NCBI GenBank assembly: GCA_973895155.1
Contig: OZ316897.1
Span: 16,243,375-16,307,374 of the forward strand
Source of the DNA: Marsupella aquatica
Lineage: Eukaryota; Plantae; Marchantiophyta
Length of the DNA: 64,000 nt
Direction: 5' to 3'
Part shown: positions 24,541-38,216 of the stretch, in pieces
Layout of the letters: each line of letters begins with the position of its first letter
How positions within the stretch are numbered: position 1 is the first letter of the stretch
Notes under the pieces: generated by a model
What the model was told of the DNA's origin: nothing
The model's input: only the letters and a program-made list of their open reading frames with translations
The model's database searches: none
Translations under genes and position numbers: made by a program

Positions 24541-27422
24541 GAAAAAATAAAACTGCCTACAGCAAGTTGCACAACTGGGTTGCAAGCGGGGATAACCCCT
24601 CGTTTTATAGTTTTGTACTTTTACATAGAAATTCTTATGACCAAGTACCACACAAGTGCCTATGACGCACACACATTGAAGGCAGTTTGAAGCAGAACAC
24701 AAAGCTCAAATGGCAGCATAAATGTTGGGTCGGGTTTGAACTTACCACAGTCCTGCTAGATCCAGCAACTCACAAGTCACCGCTGGCCACTTGAGCTTGT
24801 TTAATCAGAGACTTATTTGAGCTAATGGGGGTGAGCATCAAGCAAAAGTTATAATAGATTGTATTTTGTGATCCCCAAGTCAAGATTGTAGCTACTAACC
24901 ACCCAAATGGTAGAGCTCTCAGCGCAACTATGGTTTTACTATCTTAAAATTTTTCTATCGAACAATTTTGGAGGTCACCTTGAGGGTCACAAACTTACCA
25001 TGCTTCTACAAAGATTCTTTGTTTTGTCTCATAAGCACTTGTTATGTTGTTTATAAGGTTGCAAAGCATAAAGACCTGGTAATCCAAACTGGAGAATAAG
25101 CCTGGGGAGCAGTACCACTACCCTGGCAACAGATTAGGTTGGTTTTAGGATACCCTCCTGTAGTTTTCTCTTTGTATATCTGTGGATAATTAGGAGCCAT
25201 TATCCCCTTGCAAGCCTGGCTTGGGGTTATGAAATTTTGCCCCCCTTAGTAAAATTAAAGTAAAATTACACTCTGGGCTTATGCTTGTTAAACCATGGCC
25301 AGTCAACTAGTCGAGGGCCATGACCGGAACCTCTTGGGCTCAACGCCCTCGGGGATATACATTAACCCCCTTGGGCTCATGCCTCATGGGTTACCCTGCA
25401 CACAAACGACAAGATTCTTGTCAACCAGGATGGCACTACGCTAATCATAGATAGAATGGAATGATGCTGTCTAGATTTGACACGGTGAAAATGGAAATGA
25501 CTCCGTAGCTGGGTTATTGGGCACGAGGAAAAGAAGTGACGAGAAACGACAGTCAGTCATCAACCGCGTACCAAAGTTGACGAGGGCTTGGCGGATCTTC
25601 CTCTCGTACGGTTTTGTACGGACAGATCCTGGATCTGCCATCTGCCCGCTGCCCTTCGTCCCCGGCTCTGCGGTCCAGCAACCTGCCCGTCCGGCCGCCA
25701 GGCTGCCACAGTAGTTCAGTCGCTCAGGGCAGGTCCTCGGTAACCGCAAATGGAACACTATTATTTTACTGAACTTGACAAAGCGATGTCGTCACGGGCA
25801 GTCGGGACATTGAACTACGAGATTTCCACGGCCGAGATTCCCCCCTGAGATAGCTCGCTCTGCGTCACCCCTTAGATCATTGGTGGGTGCCCGTCTCTGC
25901 AACTCTCGCTACCGGTGAATGCCGTTCCCGCCAGGTAAGCTGCCCGCTTGTGCTGCCCGTCGAACACCGCGTGATCCGGGCAGGAGTCAGGAGGGTCCTC
26001 CGTTTCACAGAATTAAGTTGCCCGGATTCCCACTTGCGCTTCCGCCGCCGGGAGCGCACCGCATTCCGCTGTCATAAATATCATCGGCCCATGGTCTGTC
26101 TGGAACTATGGATCCCATCCAGACAGAATGGACAAGGGGAGTCTCACCGTGGTCGCTGTGCAAGACAGTGTTGTAGAGTACTATTTGTCTATTTTTGTGT
26201 GTACATAATCATGTGACATTCTGTACATCCCTGTCTCCAACTCCTACAGTATGATTGTGCACCTCTGTCCCCAACTGTCCGGATTGCATCCAGCCGCTTC
26301 ATTTTCCAAACTGATACCAGCCAGGAAGACAACATGGATGCACACATCCTGAAACACACCTATTACATTAGGGGGTGTCAAGCATGCCCCCCACTCTCCT
26401 AGGGATGTTTGTTCTAAGTTTGGATGTGTTGGTATCTTGTCTTATTTGGGCCCTAGCTTTGAGGCGCAAGAGTGGGTTTAAGGAGACCTGTAAGAGCCGA
26501 GAAGAGTGCAATTAAGGGCTGGGTCTAATTGGATCCCCCCCTTCATTTCTCCCTTCCAGGAGACCCGTAACGGTACGTAATGTCCTTGGTGACTTTTCTT
26601 GTTGTATTTTTTAGTGCATTGTAGGAGAACACTCTGATCAAGACTTGCATCACCTCTTTAAGAAGATTCTCCTCCATTTTTACTATAATAAGTAAAAACA
26701 AAAATCTCAGGCATAATAAGGTCTTGTTTTCAGAGCATTAGGGGCAATAATAGCCCCTCAAAACTTACTCAGGCCATCATTGACATCCCCTACTATCTTA
26801 TTTTACTCTCTTGACTTATTTGGATTCTTTGTTATATATATTTTCAGGTACTTGGTTAAGGCTAGAATTGTCACTATTATATTCACTAGCACAACTTAGT
26901 TAGTAAGTGAAACTTTGGTTAATTGTTACAAAGACATCAAGGAGATAGGAAGAACTTAGTCTATGGATACTTGGTATCGTTGACTGACTTTAGAGATGAG
27001 TGAAACTCTTTTGTCTGTTCCAATGAGCATAGCCCCTAGGGATGTGGTATTTTTTGTGTCAAGTATTTGTGTGTTCTTTGGACTTTGCACATGTGCATGC
27101 TATCTTTGTGTAGCAGACTTTTGTTCAACATGTAAATTTAGGCATTGGCATTCCAATAGGGTGTCTTGAGCAGCAAGAACAACAAGTTTGAGACACCCTA
27201 TTCCCTTGAGCAGCTGTTGCAAGAAAATTCCACCCATGACTGACTGAAATCCAACTTCTATGAAAACTTAATTCATGGGTTTTCATCTTTTAACTCAACA
27301 TCATTAAAAAATTTCAGTTGTTTTCTGAAGAGGCCCACACTATACTTGAAGGGCACCAATGGATTCAAGCAGACTAATTTTTGGTGCGACATAGGATTGA
27401 CCACTGGCATGTATCCAGGCCT

Positions 27423-27726
27423 GGAATCAACTTTTGCATTTTTGCACAGTAGATTGGGGAATGAGTAGAGGTTTTGAACACTTGAGTACTCATTCTCTGC
27501 TGGGAATCAACTTTTGCATTTTTGCAGAAGATATCAGGGAATTAATAGAAAATTTGAATACTTGAGTATTTTTGCTCTGCTGGGAATCACTTTTGCTGGG
27601 TATATTGGGGAATTAGTGGAACATCAGAAGACTAGAGTACTTTTGATGTGCCGGGAATCAACTTCTGCATTTTCCCATCCCATATTGAGATATCAGTAAA
27701 ACATTTGAGTACTTTTGCTTTACTGG
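27423..27726. repeat. Degenerate tandem repeat, ~80-bp unit x4
   Basis: ggaatcaacttttgc ... ttgagtact..tgctctgctg recurring at roughly 70-80-bp spacing. Confidence 0.75.
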
Positions 27727-30216
27727 TTGCTTCTCTCAAGCATCCTGGGTTATTGCACATCAAAAACTGACACATAGATACTTATTTAGAATAACATCCA
27801 ATGATTTCAACAGAATAATTAAATTTATCATGGTATGGAGTGACATAGTACATTGTCACATTTTGATGTGCAATTAGAGTGACTTCTGCCAGTACAGATA
27901 TCCAAGGTCCAATGTTTGCAATCTTGCTTCTTCATGGTAACAATTGTGACAAGGAGAAGAATTTTGAGGCTTAGTGACTTGGAGTGACTTGGGGTTTGAT
28001 CCTGAGTAATTATGGTGCGTTTGATTATTATGTTGTTTTCGACCTGAGCTTACACACGTTCATGGACAAACCTGGATGATATCACAACATGACTGAGTAG
28101 ACCTGACATGCACAAGTAGAGATTCCATACTATGTCAGATGGTCCGGGAGGAACAAAATCTTTCTCACCTAATCAAACCTGACGCTGGAACCTAATTTGG
28201 CATTCACAGAAAGTAACTTGATCTTGAGTGTCTCACCGTCTCATCTCTCACAGATTCCTTCTCGATTTATTTTACACAAAATTGAGTGGCACGCTGAAAT
28301 ATTGCACACGAATTGAGTCACCCTGTTCAACACTAAAACTTGGCAATCATGTTTTCACTTATCATCGGCACAACCGGGTGTCACAAGAGAAAGTGTGAAC
28401 AACATCGCTCAATGTGGATGTCTCTGTTCTGTAAAGGTCTGTCAGGAGAACTGAAATGAAGCCTCCTCTTTTCCATTCATAGAAATAAACGTGGTCGTTG
28501 AGGAAACCTTACTTTATCAGTTATAGGTTGGCGACACTCGAGATGTCCCAAATATTGATCGACAAGGGGTCACCAGCAAAGAAAATGTCCAAATTCCCGT
28601 CCTTGGTGACATTCAAGTGGAATGCACTAAAATCACTATGGTTCTTGGTCGATCAATCAAACAAATCAATAAGATTCATGGGTGTGCCGCCAGAGTCCGC
28701 CTCATGTCATTTTTCGGCCCATGCAAGGTAAGAAATTGAATTTCACTCGGCACTTTGAATTGTTGGCATTTGTCACAAATCCAAGGTTGTAATTTCACGG
28801 TCCTCCCGTATGACATGTCAAAAACCTACTACCAACTAGATGTCATTGTTACTTACTTGATATCGTAGCTCTTCTACACAACAAACTGCTCGACAAAAAA
28901 ATTCTACCTTGCATTCAAGTTACTAAAAGATGGTTTGGACATCACCTGATTACCAGGCGCCACGATTGGTGAACTGTGACCACGATTACAGCTGTGCAAC
29001 ATGAACCGTGCAGAGCTCATTCATGCACAGAACAAAATTCCCAAAGTGGACCTACTATCGCACTGGGCGTTCCATAGATACTCGGGAATACAACCTACAG
29101 ATTTCCACTCATCTGTTGATGAAATGCGCAAGGGCGATATTTCAGTGGTAGATTTGGCAAGGATTCGACCTCTCCAGATACAGTAGACCAATCACAAGTA
29201 CACACAAAAATGACGAAGAACAGGGAGAAAAGAAAAAGAAAAAAGACCAAGGAACCAACAACGTGCGACCCAAACCCATCATGTCAAGCGCAAAATATTT
29301 GGAAGAGATTTCAAATGCTTAGATGACAACCAAAGGACCAGTTTATTCCAATTTTTGCAAAAAAGCAAAGCCCAAGTACCACTGTCTCCACCTCGGCAAA
29401 ATAGGCGGCGAACATTCCAAAATCAATTCTCCACTTTACTCTCTGAAAAACGTTCACGCAAGAGAGAATGGGAACACAGTTGCTCAGGACCGAGCTGAGA
29501 ACAAAGGTAACTTCGGCATCAACACAATTCATTGAGTTGTGTTGCACAAATATAAATTAGCCTAAAAGTACAAGCAGATAGAGAAACCCCAAGGTCCCTT
29601 GAGCTACGCACTCAGTCTCGTTGAGTTAGAAGTGTCTTTGTATACTACTTTCTATGTCAGCAAGACAAGGTGATGAGAAACTAATTGCCACTTAACTGGC
29701 ATGGGAAGCAAATATTTTCATTGGCCAAAACCGTTCTTACATACACCAATCCATCTAACATCTTGTACACAAAAGCTTATATCCAGCGGCAGTCGATGTA
29801 AAGCGCTGACAATCAATACATGTTGACCTGTAGGAGTGTATCCACTAGGGCCAGGCTTTTCCTTGCTCAGGTGGTGTCCTATATTCCTGTCGGCGGTGTG
29901 TCAGTAACTTGCAAGTGTTTTCAAAGGATCAAGGAGCCATCACTCCATGTTCACCCTTGCAGCACACTGGATAAGTAAGCCAATACGGCTTACGGGGGAA
30001 TATAAATGAAATACTTCACTATGGTTCAGTGACAACTAGTAGGCAGTCAGAGTGCATCCTCAGGTAAGCAATGGTTCCAAGTTAGCTTGGCTCTAGCTAT
30101 GGAACATGGGTGGGTACCTATGTGAATCACATCCAGCATCCCCATGAGAAAGACAGGAGGTAGAGCCAGAAAACAATACCCACTATGAGTTACAGAAATC
30201 TTCCAAATAAAGGAAC

Positions 30217-30615
30217 CTATACTTCTTGCACCTTCCCGAGTTTCTCACTTTCAGACTTCGAGCCATCCTTATCAACAACCTCTCCTCTAGATTCCCTTTG
30301 ATCCACCCCTTCCATCAATTGAGACTTGCTCCTTTTTTGCTGCTGAGGCACTATAAGGGGACCACTATTCGGAACCACCCCATTTGATTCAGCAGCAGCT
30401 TCTGTCTCCTCCACCACAGCAGGACCATTACTGCGTGCAGGATTCCACCCCTTCCGGGCATTCAAAGCGGCACCATGTGCATTTGCTCGCCGGGCTGCCT
30501 GTTTCAACTGGCGCTCGTGTTCTTCTAGAATTTCTTCATAATCTACAGGTGGAGTATACCCCGGATGGAGAAGCGGCCCAGAGTGGAATATCCTCTCAGA
30601 TTGATGCGTCACTCC
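30217..30615 (-). CDS. CKL kinase exon 8 (terminal coding exon)
   Basis: AG|GVTHQSERIFHSGPLL...EEHERQLKQAARRA...QEV*. Confidence 0.85.
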   Translation of the reverse strand, partial: GVTHQSERIFHSGPLLHPGYTPPVDYEEILEEHERQLKQAARRANAHGAALNARKGWNPARSNGPAVVEETEAAAESNGVVPNSGPLIVPQQQKRSKSQLMEGVDQRESRGEVVDKDGSKSESEKLGKVQEV

Positions 30616-33600
30616 CTGTGAAGGATATATATCAGTTGGACATACACCTTAGGTGGGACACACAATGTTCATGTCTCTGTTCCTTATCAACAGGAACTTT
30701 TCACACCACTCACATGCATAAAGCAGGAGGAACTTCAAAATCGCACACCACTGGGAAAAAATCCCCATCCAAATCCTCATAAAAAAATCGAGAAGCGCCA
30801 ACTTCCTAATAAGTAACCTTAAGACATGAATCATCTATCTTTGAATGTGATTGAGAGTGTATACCATTGGTACGTCCTTGCTTTTACGACCTTCTCTTCT
30901 ATGGTCTGAGGTATTAGAGTGATCACGCTTATAAGCGCGATCATTCCCATGGTCACGCTTATATGATCGATCAGATCGATCGTGCTTGTCAGAAGCATCA
31001 CGTCTGTGTGAGTCACGTTTAGTGGACTCTCCTTCAACACCATCCCCGTCCCTTCGAGAGCTCCGCTCCCTGTGATTGTCCCCGCCATTCCTAGCAGCAA
31101 CAAGGCTTGAAAAATTTGATAGGTCACCACCAGATGGTTGATAGGATGATTGAGACGAGAAATCCGACACTGTCATGGACTTGGAGGGCCGTGATGATGC
31201 CCGAGGAGGAGCCATCCTCACGTCTTCTTCTTTATGTTTCTTTGACCATGACGCCCCAGGCATATTTGGGTTGACCATTGGCTGAGGCCCAGATCGTGAC
31301 GAAACAGAAAATGCTCGACCAGCCATCACAGGAGATGATCCACGAGCCTCGCTGACGAGATGACCTAAGGCCCTGGGAGGTTCCATAGGAAAACCAACAG
31401 CTGAATCTTCATGTAAGGGGGCAAATTTCTCACTTTTGCTCTTTGATGCACCCTGGGAGTTCCGGCGTTTCTGGTAGAAAAACACTCACCAGTCAGTATT
31501 ATGCAGAAAATATACGTACAGGAGGATGACTAAAAGTATTCACTAGCTGCCAACATATATATCCTGCGCAAATACCTGCAAGTTCATTGGCAGCTCTGCA
31601 TTTGCCTCGGGGGCAGGAACTGCTTTACTTATTCGGTCCCGTCCACTGGCTCGCCTGCTAGCCTCAGAGCCACGAGGTCGTCCACCTTGAGCTCTTTGTC
31701 TGCAAGGCACAACCCAGGGTCAGCACCCGTGGTCCTACAGGACGCCTTCATATGGCCACGAAATCTGGAAAGCACCTACAGTATTTCACATTCATCATTT
31801 GCGATCACATGCAAAGCCTGTCATGTCAAGGACGACAGATCAGGAGGTGGCTGCTTCGATAGGAAGACTCGCAGACGAATAATACCGTTTTCTGAGAGAC
31901 TCTTACCTTCGAGCTTCCTCATCACGAATCTTTGCATCAAACTCCTTGCTGGGAGGGTATTGAGGCAAGCTTGATGGATCACAAGCAAGTGGTTTCGTTG
32001 TAAAGAACTGGTATCCCAACAGCCAATAGAAACGTCAGTCCAAAACTAACGTTAAGGGAACATTCACACATGATACGGAATCATGCATTACTCGACAGCC
32101 AACCAATAACAAAATTGTTTTAAGAACCTCTGGTAGCACGGAACCCCAAGCTTTAGTAAAATTACCTCACTCTTAAGCGCTGCTGTAGCACTTCCACGGT
32201 CTGCAGGTTCAATAGCAAGAAGGGTCTCTAACAAGGCTAGGGATGAGCCAGGAAATTCCTTGAATTGTTCAGCAATACAGCGCTTATACGGCTGCTGCGG
32301 TTTAAAGATAGTGGCATGAGGGAGTTTAGATTTCCTCCAATACTCTTCGGACGGTGATCCACATAGTTTAAAAATCTTGTGCAATTGCTCCACCTGGAAG
32401 TGCAACAAACTCCATTATTAGAAGAAACGCAATCATCGAATCACCTTCTTAAAAGTCGAGACCCCTTCATGCTGAAACGAGTCGTCAATTACGTTTGGAC
32501 TGCAACGCACACTGAATTTCTGCCGAGGACATGGATCCCCTCAGCAAACCTACTCATCTGATGTTGCTAACCCTTACCTCACACAAGAACAAAAATTGAG
32601 GTAATTACGGTTCTTAACGTCTCGACACCAAAGAGTCTTCTTCTCTCTTTGCATCAGGAATAACAGCATGGCTCTGTGATTCTCATCCTCAGTTAACTTT
32701 GACATGAATGTGATCTAAGATGAACTTCCCCGTACAGTTTAATAAAACCAACCAGAGACAATCTTTATGGTTCACACATTCCCCATGTGCAAAGTAGCAT
32801 AATTTGGGGAGTAATAGCCAAATTTGGACAAGTCCAGAGACCTGGGCCCCAAGAGAAGACATCCCCACTCACGGGGTCTTGGAACGATCAAGATTACCCA
32901 AAACAAGCAAAGACAACCGACAAAGGCCACAACCTATTCCTTACTCCAGCTGGATACTGGACAACCCACCGAATTCTAGCCTGACCAACTCTTTACTTTA
33001 GCAGCTAAACATCCAGATCATACCGCTCAAACACAGGACAGCATTACGAAGACATCCATTGAATCAAACGGTAATATCTCAAAAGGTCAGAAGGTACAGA
33101 AAACGGAAAACGGAAAACGGAAACTGAACTGAGGTCCTTGCTGTTAACGGAAAAGTATTCAAGAAAGAGACCACACCTCTGTTCTACCGGGCATTATTGG
33201 TTTGCCCGCGAGCAACTCTGCTAGAATACAACCTGTGCTCCAAAGATCAACTGCAGCAGCGTACTCAGTAGCGCCCAACAAAAGCTCAGGCGGCCTATAC
33301 CAGAGAGTAACCACTCGGCTTGTCAAAGGCTGTTTCTGATCTGGATGATAAAACGTTGCAAGTCCGAAGTCGGCAATTTTCAACATTCCCCCATTGTCCA
33401 ACAGCAGGTTAGATCCCTTAATATCGCGATGAAGAACACCCCGGGTGTGACAATGTTCAAGTCCTCGAAGCAACTGCTGCAGGTAGCATTTCACCTGCAG
33501 AGCAAGATAATTGAGGTCAGGAAAGAAGTTGCAGTTTTCAATAAGACAATACCCACCGAAATTTAATGCCTGCATATAAGGAATACCCTCAATCAAATTC

Positions 33601-35365
33601 TCAGGTCCAGTAACAAACACAAAGATCCTTGGGATCGACCTGAATTCATGAAAAGGCCCTCGGCACAGGCCTGTGTATAGAGTCTCGCTGCCACCTTCCA
33701 AGAAAGAAAAGCTCTTCATCGGCCAGAGATTACCTACGCAGGACCTGCTATGGGCTATCTTGTCATTACAATGGAACGCAGCAAGCACGAGACGGATTAT
33801 GAAATCACACCTGTGCTTCGGTAAACATGATTCCGGGACAGGCAGCCAATCCTGCAAGATCATGCTCCATGTATTCGAAGACGAGATAAAGACTGCATGA
33901 CATTCGCGACGTTACCAAACCCTCCAGTTTTATAACATTGGGATGGTCGAGCCTTCGTAAGACTTGTATCTCACGGGCCATGAATCGGACGCTCTCTGGT
34001 TCCAAGTTATCGAACCGGACCTTCTTGAGGGCAACAATCTTTCCAGTATCCAGATCTCGAGCCTTATATACATTACTGTAAGTGCCCTGGCCAATCTGCA
34101 GCAGAAACGAGTAGCTTTAGTGATCAAAGGAATGGCTATATTTCCTTCGGTGGTCAGTGGAGAGCAACTTCAATTCCAACAACAGCAATTCAATCCATTC
34201 CAAACCAATTCAGAGAGCAGAATCGGAAAGCTTCGGCAAGTGACGGTAAAATGGAACGATATTTGTTAGCACGGTTCATTTCCAAGTCTACGGACTACAC
34301 GACATCCTAGCCTTGGCCACCGGATAGAGTTCCCACACTTTTTCCCACCAGCGACCGCTATGTCCACAGCTGCAACTCCGTCCTAGATTGTTTCTAAGAT
34401 ACCAGGCCCCGCCCCACATAAAATTCTAGTCTGTATAAACTAGTAGGCAGTACCCCATTCCCCTCTCCAGACTCAAACTTTCTTGTTTGGTCCATGAAAC
34501 AACCTATACACTGTCCACTCGTCACCGTTATCCAGCGCCCGTGACAACTCGCTCAAGCCTCCAAACATGCCAAGCGAAAGCCTGAGGCACAGACAACGAA
34601 GCCAACGGCACTCTGAAAGCAAACACTACTCTCGCCATGCCCAAGGACACCTTCAGCGGACGTGGTGGAACCAAACTGTCTATTGCGGCCGTACCTCTCC
34701 TTGGAAATGAACTTACACATTCCATTGCTTGATTACAAAATGCATTTCCTCACCACCGCTTTTGGACAGTGCACTCAAAGCGGCACTCCAAACAATTCGA
34801 CCTTTCCAGAAATTCTATCTCACATTCTCTCTCGCTCGCTCAGACACTTCGTGAAGAGGCACTACGAGCCAGTCGGCACGTTCCCTCACAAAAAGTGAAG
34901 GACAAGGGCTTGCAAGTCGGTAGAAAAGAGGACCTTATCAAGCTTCTCAAAGGAATCTGCCCGTCGGGGTATCCAACCCTTGATGGCCTCTCCAGCGACT
35001 GCCGAGAGCCAGGCAGGCCACCCAGCTGCAATTTGTTCCCCCTCGACATTCCTCGTAATGTTCCCACTTATTTTGGGGTTCGCATCGTGCTGCACCAACA
35101 GTCTCTCCCTTCTCCTTTCTACGATATCTTGAGTAACAGCTCCCGCCGCAACAGCTGTGCCATTCTGCCTATTCCTCACTTTCGGAAGTTTCTCTTTCGT
35201 GCTCGTCGTTTGCTGCTGGAGGTGGTCCAAACCATTAAACCCTTGATCTTCTACTTTGATACTGGCACCGGGCCGTCTTCGTGATGCGTTGATCGGCGGC
35301 TTTTCTACCTTAGGGCTTTCATCCTCGTCCAAGGATGAACCGTGCTTAACGCAAGCACAGCCCAT
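30217..35365 (-). CDS. CDKC-related cyclin-dependent kinase-like Ser/Thr kinase (CKL, At1g54610/IBS1-type), 8 coding exons, 830 aa
   Basis: Exons 35365-34934, 34095-33811, 33494-33177, 32393-32166, 32007-31907, 31699-31576, 31470-30865, 30615-30217; all GT-AG and phase-consistent. Motifs MGC, AAGWPAWL, GQGTYSNV, VALKK, SVRFMARE, HRDIKGSN, DFG, VVTLWYRPPE, APEANAEL, HSGPL. Confidence 0.95.
30865..31470 (-). CDS. CKL kinase exon 7
   Basis: AG|KRRNSQGASKSKSEKF...KDVPM|GT. Confidence 0.88.
31576..31699 (-). CDS. CKL kinase exon 6
   Basis: AG|QRAQGG...AVPAPEANAELPMNLQ|GT; phase matches exon 5. Confidence 0.9.
31907..32007 (-). CDS. CKL kinase exon 5
   Basis: AG|FFTTKPLACDPSSLPQYPPSKEFDAKIRDEEAR|GTAAG; not in the ORF track. 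Confidence 0.92.
32166..32393 (-). CDS. CKL kinase exon 4
   Basis: AG|VEQLHKIFKLCGSP...ALKSE|GT, 228 nt. Confidence 0.95.
33177..33494 (-). CDS. CKL kinase exon 3
   Basis: AG|VKCYLQQ...HRD...DFG...MPGRTE|GT, 318 nt. Confidence 0.95.
33811..34095 (-). CDS. CKL kinase exon 2
   Basis: AG|IGQGTYSNV...FTEAQ|GT, 285 nt. Confidence 0.95.
34934..35365 (-). CDS. CKL kinase exon 1
   Basis: MGCACVK...WIPRRADSFEKLDK|GT. Confidence 0.93.
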
Positions 35366-37020
35366 TTCCACCAAAAAGAAGAAGAACAGGGTACTTCTCC
35401 TCCTCTTCCTCGTCCCTACCCTCTCACCCTGATAACAGCATACACCTTCTTCTTATGCTGAAACTTCTTCTGTCTGCTGTCTATTGTCAGGCTACCTCGC
35501 CTTTCCGCCTACGACAAGACCAGCATACAAAGCACACACAACAACAATAGTAGTCCTCTGTCAACTCCTTCGCTTAAGCGAGCATCCGACTCTCGCATCG
35601 CCATTCACGCTAAAGAGCGCCTCCTCTGCTGCGGCCTGCACATACACTTCGCTAAGTGGCAAGAGGCTCCTCGTTTCCGTAACCCTTCCAAATTGTTGGC
35701 GCATCGGACTTGGCTTCCCCCGGGCTACAACAGGCGGTCAAGGATCCCTTACCTGGTGTGCCTTGTCTGGCCCAGCCCAGCCCAGCCCAGCCCAGCCTTT
35801 CCTGCTGCTGCTGTTTCTACTGTTGCACCGGCTGGTGCTTAGCTTTCCTGAAACTTTCCTTGGGTTCAACAATGGACCGGCCAGCCGCACACACAATGCT
35901 ATTGCTGCAGCAGCGGTGCCGCCACAATCTCTTTCACAAGGGACGAGACGTGCAGACTCTCGACACTGCTCTCATCTTCCTCACCATTATGAGAATTCCC
36001 GTCTAAACTCGTTTTCATCCTTCTCTTCTGCCCTCGGTTTCATCTTGCCCTCTGCTGTTCTCACCTCCACACTTGCACTTCTCATCCGACTCCCCCGTTC
36101 CCACCCGCGGACTTCCCCACACTTCCTCCCATCAATCTACCACACTCCAATCTATCCTTTCATTCCACTTCCCCCTCCCCCCACCCCACCCCACCAAGCC
36201 TGGGTGGGACTCCGTTCCCTGCCCCAACACTTGCTGCGCTTCCACCCCCTTTCACCGTGCTGGATCAGCCACACTCACAAACAACAAATCAGTCGATCAA
36301 AACAGTAAATCAACAACCAATCCCGCTTCGCTACCGTCTCCCCCCACTCTCCTTCGTTCATCAACCCAACACCGAACTCGAAAAACTCGACTGATGCTGA
36401 TCCAATCTCCGCCCTCTCGCTCCACCTCCTCGCGGTGCGCTGCTGCACCACGTTGGCAACAACAACGTCACGGTGGCCCTCCCTTCCTTCCTTCCTCCTC
36501 CTCCTCCTCTCTCTCCACACTCTCTCGCTCCGTCTCTCGCTCCCTTCTCTCTGCCTCCCCCCCGCCCTCGTGCGTTCGTTCCTTCCTTCCTTCGATCGTT
36601 CGTTGTTCGTTCGTTCGGTCGGTCGTTCACTCCCTGGCTACAGATCCTCCACCACCCCTCCGCAAACGAAGGCTGCCAAAGTGGAACGGAAAGAGTAGTA
36701 GTAACAGTAAGTGCCCGACTCATCGGCAGGCAGCGAGCAGGCAGCAGCACCAGCACCAGGCAAGGTAGATCAGATAGCCCGATACATAATACTACGCACC
36801 ACGCACACACACATCACAGACCTCTCCTCTCCTCTCCTCTCCTCTCCTCTCCTCTCCTCTCCATCGTCGTGCCTGCCTTCCTCCTCCCTCCCTACCTTCG
36901 CTTCGCTGCGCTTGGCTTCGCTTGGCTTCCTCCGTCGAGCCTCTTCACGGCAGCATCCGAAGACTGACTACTAGCGAAGCGTAGAGTAGAGTAGCGTAGC
37001 GAATCGAAGCGTAGCGTCGA
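35366..37020 (-). promoter_or_regulatory. Long GA/G-rich 5' leader and proximal promoter of the kinase gene, with a probable 5'UTR intron 35752-35429
   Basis: Strong strand skew, microsatellites (CCCAG)n ~35770-35796 and (CCTCT)n ~36822-36862, donor CAG|GTAAG at 35752, candidate acceptor at 35429. TSS not determinable. Confidence 0.5.
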
Positions 37021-37022
37021 GC

Positions 37023-38216
37023 AGCGGCAGAAAATCGGTCAGTCATCGCATTGGGAATGAGTATACACTCTACCGTGCATAAGTGCAGAGTGAATGAATA
37101 AGTGCGCTCCGTGGTTCAGTATGGGCTTAACCGCAGTGTAGGCGGGGTTACTAGAGTAGGACATCTCAAATATGTATGTGGTAATGAGGGTTTGGTCCGG
37201 GGTTACTAGTCTGTCACCTGTGCCCAGAAAGTGAGAAAATGTTGACCGGCAGTAGCCAGTAAGTTTTTCTGAGCTTTGCGGGAACATGTTTCTGACTAGA
37301 ACCCCAACCCAAAGAGTCATTATCTTACAGAAAAAATTACCGGCAAGATTTTCTGGGCACAAGGTTATTGAAATGGTGGCACCTAGTAGAAAAGGTTACT
37401 GATAAAGGTTACACACCGGTAACCTTTCTTCCTGACAAGAATTATGTTGAAATTTCAGTTTTGACCACACTCTCACTCTGGACTGCTGCAACTCAGGGCA
37501 ATTATCATGACTGGTCGGGCATCGAATGTGAGGCCTGATTAGTCACACAGGTCGAATGTGAGAATGTGAGGCCTGATTAGTCACACAGGTCGAATGTGAG
37601 GCCCGATGGTCTGGGCACAGGACTATGAGGTTGTAACGCTGTGGCCAGAAAGTGAAGATAAGCTGACCAGTGACAACTGCGAAACTTTTCTGAGCAATCT
37701 GGTCACAGGGTTCAGTCTAGAACCCCAACCCTAGCCATCCATATGGTATGTAAATGCAGTTCGGGAAAAATTAACAAATGGAACTTCCTGGGCTTAAGAT
37801 TATGGATATAGCAAAGCTTCCAGAAATCATTACACGCCGGTGATTTTGGATGTACCAATTCACGTTGGAGAGGTGTAAGTGCATTCAGTGGTGGTGTATA
37901 GGATAAGTGTGGTCACAACAAAAGGATCAAACCCTGCATCTGGAATGTACAAGTTGTTCGGAATGTGAGAACAAGCTGAGTGATGGCAGAAAATTGGTCA
38001 GTCATGTCATTGGGAATGTGTACACATTCTACCTTGCATAAGTGTGAGGCATATAAGTGCATTCTGTTGTTGAGTATACAATGACCAAGCTTGGGCGGGG
38101 TTACTAAAGTTGACTATAACCCTGTGTGCGGAATGTGAGAACGAGCTGGCTGGCGGCAGAAAATTGGGCAGTCATGTCATAGGGAATGAGTATACGCTCT
38201 ACCGTGCATACGTGCA
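37023..38216. repeat. Locally duplicated modules upstream of the kinase
   Basis: ggcagaaaa..ggtcagtcat..cat.gggaatg.gtatac.ctctacc.tgcata at ~37025, ~37985 and ~38155; 37210-37430 resembles 37640-37850; ~30-bp repeat at 37522-37600. Confidence 0.7.

Noticed and set aside
25100-26779. Possible solo LTR ending ...CATCA
   Set aside because: Could not find a matching TG start with a TSD, nor a PBS or PPT; left unannotated.
27423-27726. Repeat-spacer-like array (possible CRISPR)
   Set aside because: The whole ~80-bp unit is degenerate-repeated, spacers are not unique, there are no cas genes, and the context is eukaryotic.
35484-36974. Long plus-strand ORFs (274, 231, 164 aa)
   Set aside because: Low-complexity Pro/Ser/Leu translations of the C/T-rich antisense strand of the kinase leader; stop-poor by composition.
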